Source: Lama glama
Taxonomy: Eukaryota
Direction of reading: 5' to 3'
Length of the DNA stretch: 64,000 bases
NCBI GenBank assembly: GCA_028534125.1
Contig: CM052816.1
Span: forward strand, 55,120,001 to 55,184,000
The translations under genes and the position numbers were made by a program. Positions 11,486 through 25,040 of the stretch are shown piece after piece. The notes under the pieces were generated by a model, which searched no databases, was not told the origin of the DNA, and saw only the letters and a program-made list of their open reading frames with translations. Every line of letters starts with the position of its first letter. Within the stretch, counting starts at the first letter, position 1.

Positions 11486-14400
11486 TTGATTTACTTTCTG
11501 TTCATTCATTCATACTTTTCATTGCCAGTCACAATGCTGTGATATGCAGGCTGATAAAATTTATTCTCTGCCCTCAAGGAGTCAGAGTCCAGAGAAGAGG
11601 CAGATTTGCTACCATACACAATGAACAGTATGATTCATGCTAGAACAGGTTCTAAAGAAACGGAGCAGAGCAGCAGCAGAGATGTCTACCCAAGGGAGTC
11701 TTCTTTCAAGAGCTGTAGCCAAATTTCTTGTCTGATTTGGGCCCATGAACAAAGAGAGTGAATTCTTACAATTCTAACACTCAAGTTACAATTGAAATCA
11801 GCACTTAAGAGGAGATCAGCCAGGACTGACTGTGCCATGCCTGATCCCCAACTCTTTCCTGCTGTAGTACAACCATCTGACCGGAGGAGAGGGAGAGAGC
11901 AGAGCCCTAGAGGTAGGAGGGAGTCTGAGAAAAGGAGTTCTGTTGCAAGGATATGCCCTGGGGGTCGGGGTGGGGGAGGCTGATGGATGATATCCTGTGG
12001 CCTGAATGAGGGATAGGCACAGTGAGGATCTTGAGAAATGACCCTGCAGATGCTTTGTAAAATGAAAATACCATTATCTAGATTAAAAATGAATGAAAGA
12101 ATGAAGGAGTGAAACACTGACTGTCGTAACTACTCAACCATGAATTCTTGGGACCCCTCCCTGGCTCCATTTCAAGATGGCTTAAATTTGAATATGAGAG
12201 TGACACCAAACCCAAACCACAAGTCTGGAAGTATGGAGTCAGCAGGAAGTGAAGGACTAGAAGGTGATATAAGCCACATGCAACTCGGAAAGCGGCTGTT
12301 GCTGTAAGATACTCATGTGCACTTAGTAAAAGGGATTCTCTTAACTGAGCTCTTTATATTGGCACCATGCCTTTTTTGTCTTGGAAAAAAAAATGGTGGT
12401 TCTGTTGTCCTTTTGACTTTGTTTAAAATACCCATAAAAATGTCATACTGAGCGATTTATCTATACATAATGTAAATTCCATGCAAGGAAGGACCTCAAT
12501 TAAGGCATTACCGAAAGCAGTCACTGCATCACGCTAATCAGCCCGGCGCTAATAAGAGCGTTATGTGTCTTGCATGATAATCAAGGCCATTCACTAGGCT
12601 CAAGCTCACGTGCTCTGTGACTGCGGAAACCAGCTGCCTCCCCAGCTGCCTGACTAACTGCAATCTCTCAAGGTGCCAAGGCAGAAGTGTGGGATGCGTG
12701 TAGAAGAACGCTGCTTTCATGTTCTTTTCTGGGCTCTGTCCCTGAAGTGCTGCTGAATTAGCACCTACTCTACTGATCTGTATTTGGTTGCTAGTTATGT
12801 GATTATTAACAATCACACAATCTTTGGTAAGAAGACAGATTTTAGGTGCAAGACACAGATCCAATGTTCTAACACATTAGTATTAATTAATTACTATTAA
12901 TAAAAAATAAATTATAGGTGAGATCAGTTTTCAATAGGTAAGAAGTAAGTCACCCATATTTATCTGTCGGTGGTCTTCACACGCCAGGCGCGGAGCCAAT
13001 TAAACTCTCTTTGGAAAAGCGACTCAAAATCCATTTTCTCAAGTGGCCAACGGGCTTAGGAGGGGAACAATCACCAGACGACTTTCTGACTTTATTCCTA
13101 CAGAAATAAAACTTTACCCCCTCAACTTGGTTTAAAATACAAACACTATCTAATCAGCATGAAATGTTAATCCTCAGGGTGTCATGCACCTATATCATCT
13201 GTGACTCCGTAAGATTTAACCAGATGCAGCTGGACAGTCCCTGTGGCTGATATCAGCAGAGATTTTTCACCTTCTTCTCATTTGTTAAAAAAAAAGTGGG
13301 GGGGAAGGTGAGAATGAGGGGAATAGATAAATAAACTATAGTACAGCCATGCAGTGCAAGACCATATAATAACCAGAGATTTTTCTGAACTGATTTGGAA
13401 ACTTTCCAAGTTATACTGCTCAGTGAGGGGGAAAAAAAACAAACAAAAAACACTTCCCCAAACAGTGTACACAGCAGTGGTTTCATTTTTATACACATAT
13501 AAACTGTATCATCACATCTAGAAAGCAAGAGGGAGAAACAGACACGCAATTGGTTTACATGGCTACTCAAGGCGGGAGTGGGAGCTGTCCGCGGACTTTC
13601 ACTTCGGCATCACTTCTTTAATTTTTGAGCTTTGTATCACTTTTTACTCAAAGAGGGAAAAACTTGTTCAAACAGCTGAACGCCTTTGCTTTTTCTGAAC
13701 TGTAAGTTCTGGTGGGAAAAGAGAGACGATAAGGAACTGGCATGGTGATGGTGACACTATTCAGCACGTATATGATTTTCAGAATTAAACTAGTGTTATT
13801 CATTCTGATTGTGGCAAATCTAAGAGTTGACACTACAGGGTTCATTTATGGAGAGCAGTGAAAAAGGGCTCTGGCATCTCTGGGTGGGAAGGAAAATGAC
13901 ACTCACAGACCTCTCCTCTTTAAACCTGTAACTCTGGTCAGATTCTGATTTTGGCTTCTCAGGCCAAGGCCATGGCAGCTTGAGCTGTGACGGCATGAGC
14001 GCTATTGCCAACAGTGATACACAAAGCGATTACACACACACACACAGAAGTGCGTGCACAGTTCTGTAGCACATAATCCCGCCCTCAAGGAGTGAGAGCC
14101 AATTCAGCTGGAGTCATACGGCCCGGGGAGAGGGTCCAGCTAACGGCAGCGGCCATCTGCCTCTAAGAGCAGGCCCAGGCAAGAAGCTGACCTTTCCTGC
14201 TAGTTTCTCTGTTTCTGTTTCCGAGCCCTGGTCCTATCACTTGGGACGCACAGAGCCAGCAGTAAAGCGCAGAAGGAAGTCACATTATGCCTCTGGTTCC
14301 CAAGTCTGACTTGCCATCCTCATCACGCTTTTGAAGAAGCAAACTTCCTGGTGGCTTTTGAAATGCAGAAATTCGTGGGCTTATTTTTCAGGGTATATCT

Positions 14401-16464
14401 GCTGTGAGTGCTTCAAATATGGAAAGAAAGAAGACGACCTTCCCGGAAAGAGTTACTGGTAAAAGCATCTACGACTCATTCAAGCATGGTCCTGCCCAAG
14501 CTTTAGGGAGAAAAGTATTGAGCCCAAGGGTTTGAAAGAAGCTGACGACATAAAACGTGTATACATGTGTGTATTTTAAACAAAGGTCCTTTGGAATTCT
14601 CTTTTGTAGATAGACAATAATATAGTATTAGTATTATGATAATGTAGGTCAATTAAAATTTTAACAAAGATTTTTATGTAAATATATACCACAATAGCCT
14701 TTAGCATAGTCAAATTTTGACCATACACAAATGAAGCTTATATCATAAATGCATATAAAGACAGCTCATTACTCTATAAATACACATTGAATATATTTAT
14801 TATTGTATAGCATTTATAGGCACACACTAACTTTCCTTCTCTATTTTACTCACATATTTATTTAAAATGAGCTGTACGTGTTTGCAGACTTATATTAATA
14901 TATAAACTCTTGCATAAACTGGTATCTATGAATAAATAATGATAACTCACTATGTTCACCTTGTGAACAGGCATAGTCTTAAGAAACTGAAAAGCAAACA
15001 AAAATAAATATTGGGAATGCTCATGTTAGGTAGAAAGTTGGACAGACTCTAAAGTCCATTCCAGGGCTAAGGGTCTCTCTGAATCTAAGATCTTGTGCTT
15101 GGACCAGATGAAGCCACAGGAAAATCTCCCTTGAGTATATAGACCCATTGTAAGAAATGGAACACTTTCAAAATTGAACCAAACAAAACAAACTTGTAAG
15201 CCACAGTGTGCACTGACATAAGTACTCAAATGTTGGTAGAGGACTTGCAGCAAAATGATTCTTCTCCGTATTAGCAAATCAGTCAGCTGTCCTTAAAATA
15301 CTTTTGTTTGTTTGTTTTTTTCCTAAACAGTGCTCCATACAACCTCATGGTCCCTATTCTCTTTGAAATCAAGATTTCTATTTGTTCTTTGCACATAGTG
15401 GCAGCAACAGATTGCTCATGATCAACAAAAACTCTCTCCATTCCCAGAGTTTTAATGACAGGACAAAAAGGCTAATGGAGTCCATTCTTGGGTCAAAGTC
15501 TTTCTCCTCAGGGAGGGGATAAAGAAGGGGCCATAATATTTCCAGTGTTGGGACAACAGAGGTCAGCCTGAGAGTTCTTTGTTGCTGATGCCAAAGGTCA
15601 CGCTCGTATGTCTCCTCTAACTGTTGACCTCTCTACCTGTTCCTGTTTTTCCAGCCCCATTTCTTGCCTTGTAGCCTCTGATCCAGAACAAATAACATTT
15701 GACAAGTGAAACAGCTGCTTAACTCATGATGCAGGCTCAAGATGGCCCTTAGAGTTTTGGTGTTTATGTCAAAGAAATTCTGTTCTAATGGGCTGGGAAA
15801 TAGATGTGGCCACAATGACCTGGGAGCTCAAGGAAGGGAACATCACACTCTGCTCCCAGGTACAGTGGGTGGAAATCTGACTCTGGAGAGGTCAAAGCTA
15901 TTAGCCCCATAGCCAGATACTGCTCATGGAGATCCAATTTAACTCCACCCAGAGAACAGCCGTCTGATCATCTCCAGTCCCTGACATTGACTGTCATCAG
16001 ATGTTTCCTGAGAGGCCCCAGCCCAAGTGGAGACGCTCAACCTTCCTTCGTTGACCTTCCAGACCAGAAGCGGGGAGCCAGCCTCTACTCTCCTCCCTCC
16101 CTGTGTCCAGTCAGTCACTGAGAAATACGATTCTGTTTGCTGAATTTCTCCCAAACTTTTTCCTTTCTCTCCATCACTGCTTTAGTCCGGGCCCTTATTC
16201 CTCAGCTGAGTCACCCTAATAGGGCTGGTCTGCAGCCGGCACACACTGCTACAGTACTGGAGTGTGCGTGTCACGGTTACTGCCCTGCATCCTGGGCCTT
16301 GGATCTCTCCATGGTCCGGCCACAGAAGGGTGTGCCCTGGCCCAGCACGGGCTCAGGACCTGGCTCCAGGCGCTCTGCTTTCCTCCCCTCCGACTGGCCA
16401 AACCCTGTGGTTAAATAATTTTAATATCACCTCTCTCTTTTTTCCTTTATGAACACTGTATTAA

Positions 16465-16920
16465 TTTTTTTATTAGGTGTAGTTGATGTACAATACATAA
16501 GTTTCAGATGTACAGCATAGTGATTCACAGTTTTTAAAGGTTCTACTCGATTTATAATTATTATAAAATATTGGCTACATTCCCTGTGCTGTACAATGTA
16601 TCCCTGTAGCTTATTTATTTTATAAATAGTGGTTTGTATCTATCAATCCATTATCCCACCTTGCCCCTCCCCACTGGTAACCGCTAGTCTGTTCTCTGTG
16701 CCTGTGAGTCTGATTCTTTTTTGTTATATTCACCAATTTGTTCTATTTTTTAGATTTAACATATAAGTGATATATACAGTATCTGTCTTTCTCTGATGTA
16801 CTTCAGTAAGGATAATGCCCTCGGAGTCATCCATGTTGTTGCAAACGGCAAAATTTCATTCTTTTTTATGACTGAGTAGTAGTCCACTGTATGTGGTATA
16901 TATATATATATGTGTGTGTC

Positions 16921-16965
<45 letters not shown>

Positions 16966-17270
16966 CTTCAATATCCATCACCTATTGATGGACACATAGG
17001 GTTTACTTCCATGTCTTAGCTATTATAAACAGTACCGCTATGAACATTGGGGTGCATGTATCTTTTCAAATTAGTTCTGTTGTTTTCCTTGTTTTATTTT
17101 TTGGATATATACCCAGGAGTGGAATTGCTCAGTCATAAGGTAGTTCTATTTTTAGTTTTCTGAGAAACCTCCATACAGTTTTCTGTAGTGGCTGCACCAA
17201 CTTACATTCCCACCAACAGCATACAAGGGTTTCCCTAACCTCCACATCCTCACCAACATTTGTTATCTGA
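16465..17270 (-). mobile_element. L1 3' fragment with internal (TA)n/(TG)n microsatellite
   Basis: KKNEILPFATTW in ORF 16756..16971, L1 3' UTR motifs, and a simple repeat at about 16897-16963. Confidence 0.9.
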
Positions 17271-17339
17271 ATACCACCTCTTTTTAATAGAGTTTCCAAC
17301 CTGCCCAGTCTAGTCTATCTTCCATGGACCTTTAAGAGA

Positions 17340-17850
17340 TTTTTCCATGAGAAAAATCAGATCACATCACTCACTTGCTAAAATCTTTCAGTGGTTCTCC
17401 ACTGGCCCTTCAGAATAAAGTCCAGATTTTTTTGTATGGCCACAGGGCCCTCCAAGACCTGGCTCCTGCCTATCTCGCCAGACTCATTCCTCAGAAATCC
17501 CTCCTTGCGCCCTCTGCTACCTGATGGGTAATATCCTTGCATCTTTACCCCTCCCTCCCCTTGTCAATTTGGAGAACTCCTAAACTTCAGTCTTCTATTA
17601 ACCAAGTACAGAGGAACATCTTCTATAAATTCTTCCAGACAGATGAAAAGGTATTCACTTCCCCCACTGGTCTATCCTGGGATCCACTGAATTCCCACAG
17701 CCCTTTGCACAATGCCTGACACAGAGAGAAGCCACAGTAGAGAGTGATCATTCATCGGCAAGTCTGTTCCTGGAGGGCAGAGACCATGTCTTATTCAACT
17801 TTAGTATAAAACGTGGCAAAGATTAGTCACTCAACAAATGCTTACTCAAT
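17340..17850 (+). mobile_element. L2 fragment
   Basis: cagatcacatcactcacttgctaaaatctttcagtggttctcc...cagaataaagtccag...cactcaacaaatgcttactcaat. Confidence 0.6.
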
Positions 17851-18082
17851 TAAGCAGTAAAGAACTTCTCCTTGGATTCCTTTAAAATCAGAGTTTGCCC
17901 AACTACCTTCCAAAGTGAGTTTTTGGAAACTCATTTATTATATCTCCTAATTTCCAAATATATGGAATTTTGTTTTGTTTTGGTAACTGATTTCTAGCTT
18001 GATTTCCTTGCAGTAAGAGCTCATGGTTGGTCGTTTTTTGAAATATGTTGGAACTGCTTTACAATACAGGGTATGGTCCATT

Positions 18083-18390
18083 TTTGTTTTTTCCAGCTTT
18101 ACTGAGGTATGATGGACAGATAAAAAATGTGTATGTTTAAGGTGTACAATGTGATGATTTGATATATGTATAGCTTGTGAAATGATTAACATAATTAAGT
18201 TAATACACATATACCTCATGTCACTTTTTTTTTGGTGTAGTGGAAACACTTAAGATCTACTCTCAGCAAATTTCAAGTATACAATACAGAATTATTATCT
18301 ATTGTCACTATGACACATATAGAGCCCCAGAACATCTTATAACTGAAAACTTGTACACTTTGACCAATATCTCTCCATTTCCCCCAGTTT
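18083..18390 (-). mobile_element. L1 (L1MA-type) 3' end
   Basis: tttactgaggtatgatggacagataaaaaat...cacttaagatctactctcagcaaatttcaagtatacaatac...ccaatatctctccatttcccc. Confidence 0.85.
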
Positions 18391-19275
18391 CTAATGTTAT
18401 AACCTGTCAACAGCCAGTTGGAAAGGGGGCTTTCCCTTAGAGCAATGAGTGTATTTTCTTGTGGACAAACTTAATACCTCCTCGACACATACCAGACTTC
18501 CTTTCGGAAAAACAAAACTCTCAAGAGTTAAGCTAATATGCAACGCAAAGGGTCCCTTCTTACAGCACATCTTTAAAGCAGGTTTCATACAGCTTATTTG
18601 AAGATAAACCATAGGAACCCACATCAGTCAATTGCTGGCAGAAACCCAATTTAGTCTTGCCCATCCGTGATTGATGACCCTGCACGAGACAGACAAATAC
18701 TATTTCTCCTCACTGCCCCCCACACCCTTCCCCTTTGTTTCAAAATGTCAGGCATCTACCCAGAGTTAAATTTCACCTTTGCTCCCTGGAAAGGCTGACT
18801 GCTTGGGTCATTAATCTTGGCCCAAAAAAGAAGTTCCTCGCTGCTACCGACTGTGGAAATGATTGGTCCTGGTGCATCGCAGGGAAAGGCTGTCTAGGGC
18901 TATGGCGCCAGAGAAATCAAACGCAGAGTGACTGAGTCTGGGGTGAATGCAGCAGTTTTTCATTCAACATCACCTTCTCTGGCTGCTGCTTGGGAGAAAT
19001 GATATAATAAGACAGGGCGCCGCACTGACAAAGCACTGGGAGCACAAGCAGACTGCTGCCCCAGCAGAGCGGCTATCAAGCCAGCTGTGACCGGAATGCA
19101 AGCTCCAGCACAGACAGACTCACACGTGGACTCTCTCTTCTAATGACAGCACACCCACTCCGGTTATAGCTGTGATGAAGGATGGAAGCTTCGAGTACCA
19201 ACGTACATCACCTTGTTTATTAATACACCAACAATCCTGCTTTCCCTGCTCTGGCCGGCCCACCCGAGCCCACCC

Positions 19276-19458
19276 AGGGTGGCCAGATAAGATTCAGGTC
19301 ACCCCCAGTCAAATTTGATCTAAATTTTTTTTCTATAAGTATGTTCCACAACAATATTTGGGACATACTTATACTAAAAATTATTTGTTGTTTATCTGAA
19401 ATTCATATTTATCTAGGCACCCTATTTGCATTCCTACTTGCTAAATCTGGTAATCATA
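19276..19458. mobile_element. MER53 palindromic hAT-type MITE
   Basis: cagggtggccagataa...tataagtatgttcca...tgggacatacttatactaaaaattatttgttgtttatctgaaattc...atctggtaatc, with an internal inverted repeat. Confidence 0.85.
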
Positions 19459-19460
19459 CT

Positions 19461-19895
19461 TCAGGAGATGTTTGGCAATGTCTGGAGACTTTTTTAAAAC
19501 TTTTTTTTTTAAATTGAAGTATACTTGATTTACAATGTTGTGTTAGTTTCAGGTGTACAGCATAGTGATTCAGTTATATATATTTTTTCATTACAGGTTT
19601 CTACAAGCCATTGAACAGGGTTTCCTGTGCTATACAATAGGACCTTGTTGTTTATCAATTCTGTACACAGTATAGTAGGTTGTATCTGCCAATCCCAAAC
19701 TCCCAATTTGTCCCTCCTTCTTCCCTTTCCCCCCGGTAGCCATGAGTTTTTTTTTCTCTGCCTGTGAGTGGATATCTTTTTGATCACCGTCTGCCTGGGG
19801 GAGGAGGGTTACTGCTGGCACCTAGTGGACAGAGGCCAGGGATGCTTACAGTGCACAGGACAGCTCCTCCACCCGCAAAGGGCAACAGTGCCCAG
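19461..19895 (+). mobile_element. MER20 (hAT-Charlie) split by an L1 3' end
   Basis: tttggcaatgtctggagac before the L1, and actgctggcacctagtggacagaggccagggatgct...gtgcacaggacagc after it. An uninterrupted copy at 47838-48058 allows comparison. Confidence 0.75.
19497..19772 (-). mobile_element. L1 3' end inserted into MER20
   Basis: Poly-T followed by aattgaagtatacttgatttacaatgttgtgttagtttcaggtgtacagcatagtgattcag. Confidence 0.88.
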
Positions 19896-21274
19896 GATGG
19901 GATCCTGCCGTAAACAAGTCACTGCGCCTGTCTGCGCCACAAGCACTCAAAGTTAGTAGAGCCAAGAAGGGTATTTCAAAGCTTGTTTTCAAACAGAGGT
20001 TCGGAAACAGACTTCAGGAGACTTTAGATTTCAGGCCTGTATGAATGCATTTTGTTTTTATGTTAGTTTTTTGTTATTAATTTATAAGCTCTTTTGATTT
20101 TTTTGCTATAAAATTATCAATAGGAGTTGTCATTTTTCTCCTTATAGACTTTCAAATACACCCTAAAGAACAAGTAAAGGTGGCACATGATAAGAAGAAC
20201 AAAGAAATGCTCTTTCCCTGGGGTTTGCTAGAGAGGAGCATTTCTCATCAAAGGCTTTCTGATAACACCCACAGCTTATAAATGGTTATTACCACAAAAA
20301 GAAAAGGTAATAACCATCTATTTCCTATGGCATTTGTATTCTTGTTTCTTAGGGTGGGAAAGTTTGCTCTTAAAACTCCCTGCTAATCCTCAGGAATGGG
20401 GAAACAGCACCCTTAGTAAAAGCACCTGGCTTCAGCCACACGCCCCCGACAAGGTAACTGCCACAGAGGCGGGGCCGCTCAGCGGGAGGGGCCCACGCTG
20501 GGTTCCAAAGACCTGCACTCAGGCCGCTGGGAAGCTTGTATTCTCTTCGGGTCCCACGCAGCTCCTGCCTCTTGGGGTCCACCTCTCTGTTCCTGTCCAT
20601 CATGGTGCTCCGTGATGTCACGGTCACCAAAGTCACTGCCTTCCCTCAGCACTCCCACCCACCAGCCACAACCACTCACCGCTCCTTCCCTTCTGCAAGA
20701 TCTCTTCCCTGACCCTGCTGGCTAATTATCCAGCCTCCGGAGGATGGCTCAGTAAAACCACAGCAACAATCATATGCTTTCCTGCAGCCTCAACCTTTCC
20801 TCCCTCCCCGTCGTTTCTAGAATTTGCCCATTGGTGTCTACCTGCTGAATAAATAGTGTCAAGGTTCCCTCTTCCCTAACTTGAGCTCCATTAGGGTCAA
20901 ACAATCCCTTCGAAGACCTCTGTTTTAGTTTACTTGTAGTTCTTTCTCACTGATGTTTGTACTAAAGAAGGATGAGCTAAAACTGGAGGGAACAGCATTA
21001 CCTCCCATGGTCCCTCTCTCCTGTGACTGGCCCCTGGGCCAGGCTCACTCTCTGGTGCTCTTTTCCTCAGTCTCCTTCCATCCCAGGTGGCTCCCCTCCT
21101 GTAAGCAGAGTCCTCGTGGGCACACAATGACCACCTTTCAGATGTGCTCAGATAATACACTCAGCTTAGGCTCTGCTGGGACATGGCTACAGCCCCCTTT
21201 GTAGACTTAAAAAGTGAAGATTTAAAAAAATCTGCCTTAACACCAAATTACCATTGTTCAAACTCATCCATTTT

Positions 21275-22010
21275 CAGGGTGATGCAAATTAAAACCACGA
21301 GATACCACTCCACACCCACTTCACGCCCACCTCGTGTTGGCCAGGATGTGGGACAACCAGAACTTTCAGACGTAACTGGTGGGAGTGTAAAATGGTGCAA
21401 CTTTAGCGAACCGGCAATTTCTTATAAAGTTAAACATACATCTACCATGTGATCCAGAAATCCTGCTCCTGGATACTTACCCAAGAAATAAAAATGTATG
21501 CAGAGCTGAAGCTGCTCAAAAGACTTGTAAAAGAATGGCCAGAAAGCAGCCTTCAGGAAAATTAAAATTAATCCCTCCTCTCCCCTCATAAAAATCCTAC
21601 ATAAACCAGGAGTCAACTCAGGGGACTGGAGGAACACATGATGTGAATCTATATAATAGGAGGCTATTTTACAATAAAAAGGAATGAACTACAGACACAC
21701 GACACAGTATGAATTTTTAAATATTGTGCTGACTGAAAGACACCAGAAGGTTCCATACTTCATTTCTACAAAGTTCAAGAATGGGCAGAACGAATCTTGG
21801 ACTACAGAGATCCGAACAGTGGCTGTTTCTGGGGTGGGAGTGTAGAGACTGACTGAAAATGGACATGAGGGAACTTTTGGGGGAGATGGAAGTGTTCTAT
21901 TATCTTGATTTGGGTGGTGGTAACATGGATGCATACAACCGACAAAATCCACTGAACGGTACATTTAGGATTCTGCACCTTTTTGTATGTGAATTATAAC
22001 CTCAGTTCAC
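21275..22010 (+). mobile_element. Old L1M-type LINE 3' fragment
   Basis: atgcaaattaaaaccacgagataccac...ggtgggagtgtaaaatggtgcaac...atcttgatttgggtggtggtaacatgg. Confidence 0.85.
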
Positions 22011-25000
22011 AAAGAATGGCCAGGTGACAGCAGTGGCAGCAAGGTTACATGCTCCAGGCAGAAGACTAGTGACTGCTCTGACTTGGAAGCATTCAAATTG
22101 CACAGCTTTGGGCTTGGCACTATGTCAACTGCTTGCATCTGAACAGACAACATTCTTTTCGCTCTTCACAGCACAGGTGACCAAAGGCCAGGCAGGGCTC
22201 AGGTTCCATACTGAAGCTCCTTCCACTCTGTTGGCCAAGCTCTCCTGGAGGCAGGTAACTCCTGGAGGGGGAGTTCTGAACCCTGGGGACTAAGGAAGCT
22301 GGGGCCACTCCTCCTTGCCAAAGGGAGATTTCCTAAAGCTATTGCCCTTCTGACCGTGACCAGGCTGCCCAGAATGGTCCCCAGCAGCCATCCAGATGAA
22401 TCACATACAAACCCCAGCCTGCTTAACAAACCACGCACAGTCCAGAGTTAGTTCCTAAGGGTTCAAGCCACAGAGCAGGCAGTTCGACTTTTGTGACCTC
22501 AGCAAGTACCTCCCCTCCCATCATATCCCTCAGTGCCAAACTCCACCCCTCCACACACAAGCTATAGAGAATATTTAGCCCCAGGGGCAGCAATAATTAT
22601 GAGATTATTGAATGAGATTACATGTTCATTAAGAAGATTAATAAATAAGAAGGCAAAGCAAGGGATTTCTTTGCTTAATTCAGTGGCTCTCGAAGTTTGG
22701 TGCCCATAGAACACTTGTGGAGGTTTCTAAACAGCATGGATGTCTGGAGGTGGGGGTGCTATGAAGTCTGCCATCTGACTTGGATAAACAAAGGGTACGA
22801 GTGCTTTGATACAGAGGTAGAGTAAGGAAGTTTGGTGGTTTTTTTTTTCTTTTAAAGGTTTTCAGAAGTCTAGCAGTTATTTTCATTTGGCAGGGGGCAA
22901 GTTGAAGTTCAAGTGAAATTTTGGAGACTTACAAGACCGGTAACAAGAAGGGACTTGGTCAAGTCTGCTTTATAAATGCTTTTGACTTCTGAGAACAAAG
23001 TGAAGATGTGAGCTGGCCAGTTCTTGTTAGTTTTAGGAAGGTCTTCAAAAGATCGACACAATGACATTTTTAAAAGAGGCAGATTAAAAAAATATTTAGG
23101 AATGGGCGGGACTCTGGCTGGGAAACGAATTTCCGTGGAAACTGCTCTCCTTCAGTCAGAGTCCAATGTGCACAAAGGCAAACCAAAGTGGGTTTTAAAA
23201 AAATACCTCATGAGCCCTCTGATAGTTTGCAGAGGCAGCAAAGGAAGGAAAAGCATCTGGCATTAAATCGGGACTGGTGTGAATCGCAGAGCTAAAACGC
23301 ATCATTTTAACTAACAGTGAACTGTGATGAACCCTAACCGACACTGGGGGGCGCTCTGGGTTCACAAGATACACAGACAAGGCGCTTCTAAAACCTCTTC
23401 CCTGGTGGCTTTTACCTGCAAATCAGAGGGGCAGCTGGCATCAGTTCAGACAGCTGGGGCCACGAAACCTGTTGTGCTTTTTCTTTCCTGCAGGGGTCTT
23501 GGGCACGTGCATTTGAAGTCAACTGCTGCATTCATAAGTGCAACCTGGCAAGGTAGCCACCTGGGGGGATACATACATCAACTGGAAAGGCAGGTGTCCT
23601 CCAGCTCTGTGGGCCACAGACCCAGCGAGGGGGGCCGAAGCACAAAGCAGCCTCCATGAGGGGTGGGATACAAGGTGGAGCCCTGAAGGACTGGAGGTCA
23701 GAACTGTTAAACATGGAAATCCTTGCCCACTATTTCATAAGATCCCACACATATTCTGTTTCCCTACCTCTTTGCAGGTTTTGAGTTTTTAAAAAGGGAT
23801 CAGAAAAAACAACCCGACAGGCTCCTTTGTTTCTCTGAGGGAGCTGAAGTGACATAGTCTCTCCTCTGGTGGCCCAGGGCTCAGCAGAACCAAGGGAACG
23901 GGCTGGGGGTAGCCTGGGGTGACGGTGCTGATGGACCTCACCAGGTGCAGGTGTTTGGTTTTCATGGGCACAGGAGATGGAAGGGTTATTTGAAACCAAC
24001 CCACAACCTGGGATGTAGGTAGGCAGGGTCTCATAGAGCAGAGGAATGCCCACCTACCTGGACGCAGATGCAAGCAGGGACAGTGGGGCCTGAGGGCAAC
24101 TCTGGGGTCACAGTGAAGAAAGAAGTGTGAGTCTGTGGGGACCAGTATGAGAAAAGGACTCTAAAGCCCGGACTGAGGGAAAGAAACACCATGTTGGGGC
24201 AGAGGACAGGGACAGTGAGGACCCACCGGTCTGGTGTCCAAACTACTTGATATAATTACAACAGAGAACTGCAGAATACATTCATGAATCCATGTCTGGA
24301 AAAACAGACTAAACAGAAACGATTGAGCTAGAAACATATCTTCAGAGTTAAAGCATTATGGTTCTGACAATTCCTGGCAGGAAAAAAGCTTTCTTTTATC
24401 TGAAAAAAAAATCTTTTGTCACCTTGCCTTATTAGAAATTAGCGAGGGGAGCCACAGAATTTAATAATGGTCTTGAATCATATTAAAAGTGACTATTAGT
24501 ATTACCTTGAATCGCTGTTTTTCCTCTTTCCACGGAATAGGGAAAAGCTCAAAATCTCTGGTTAGCAGAGCATTTCCTGACAGTGAGTACTAAAAAATTG
24601 TAGAGAAACTGAAATCCACTGGGTGGGAAGGCAGGCTTATAAAAGCAAATAAAAATCAACCCTGAGAGCCTCGTTTGTCTGATAAGACGTGGAAGAGGGT
24701 GGACTTGATTCAAAAGGATTCTTTTGATCATTTTCCTTTATCCCGAAATAGTTTTTGTTGTTGTTTCCTAGTTATAAAAATAATACATTCTTATGTGGCA
24801 AATTCAAGCAATACAGAATATAAAGGAAAACAAATCACCCTAAGTTTCATCAGCCAAAGATAAACATGATTAACATTTTGGATTTAGCACAATTATTAGC
24901 ATTTAATTAAGCCATGAGATTTAGTCAGAGTCTTGGCAAAAGCAGAAGCTTCATTCGCTAAGAGTTTGGAAATATGAATCTTGGGTCACAACACACTGGG

Positions 25001-25040
25001 GGCAATCTGCGTATGTCACACCTGCATCGGACGATGCCTT

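Noticed and set aside
13581..13600. REST/RE1 silencer element (also 20593-20612 and 46409-46417)
   Set aside because: Only half-sites or wrong spacing (ggagctgtcc without GGTGCTGAA; ttcagcacc without GGACAG). No canonical 21-bp RE1 seen by eye.
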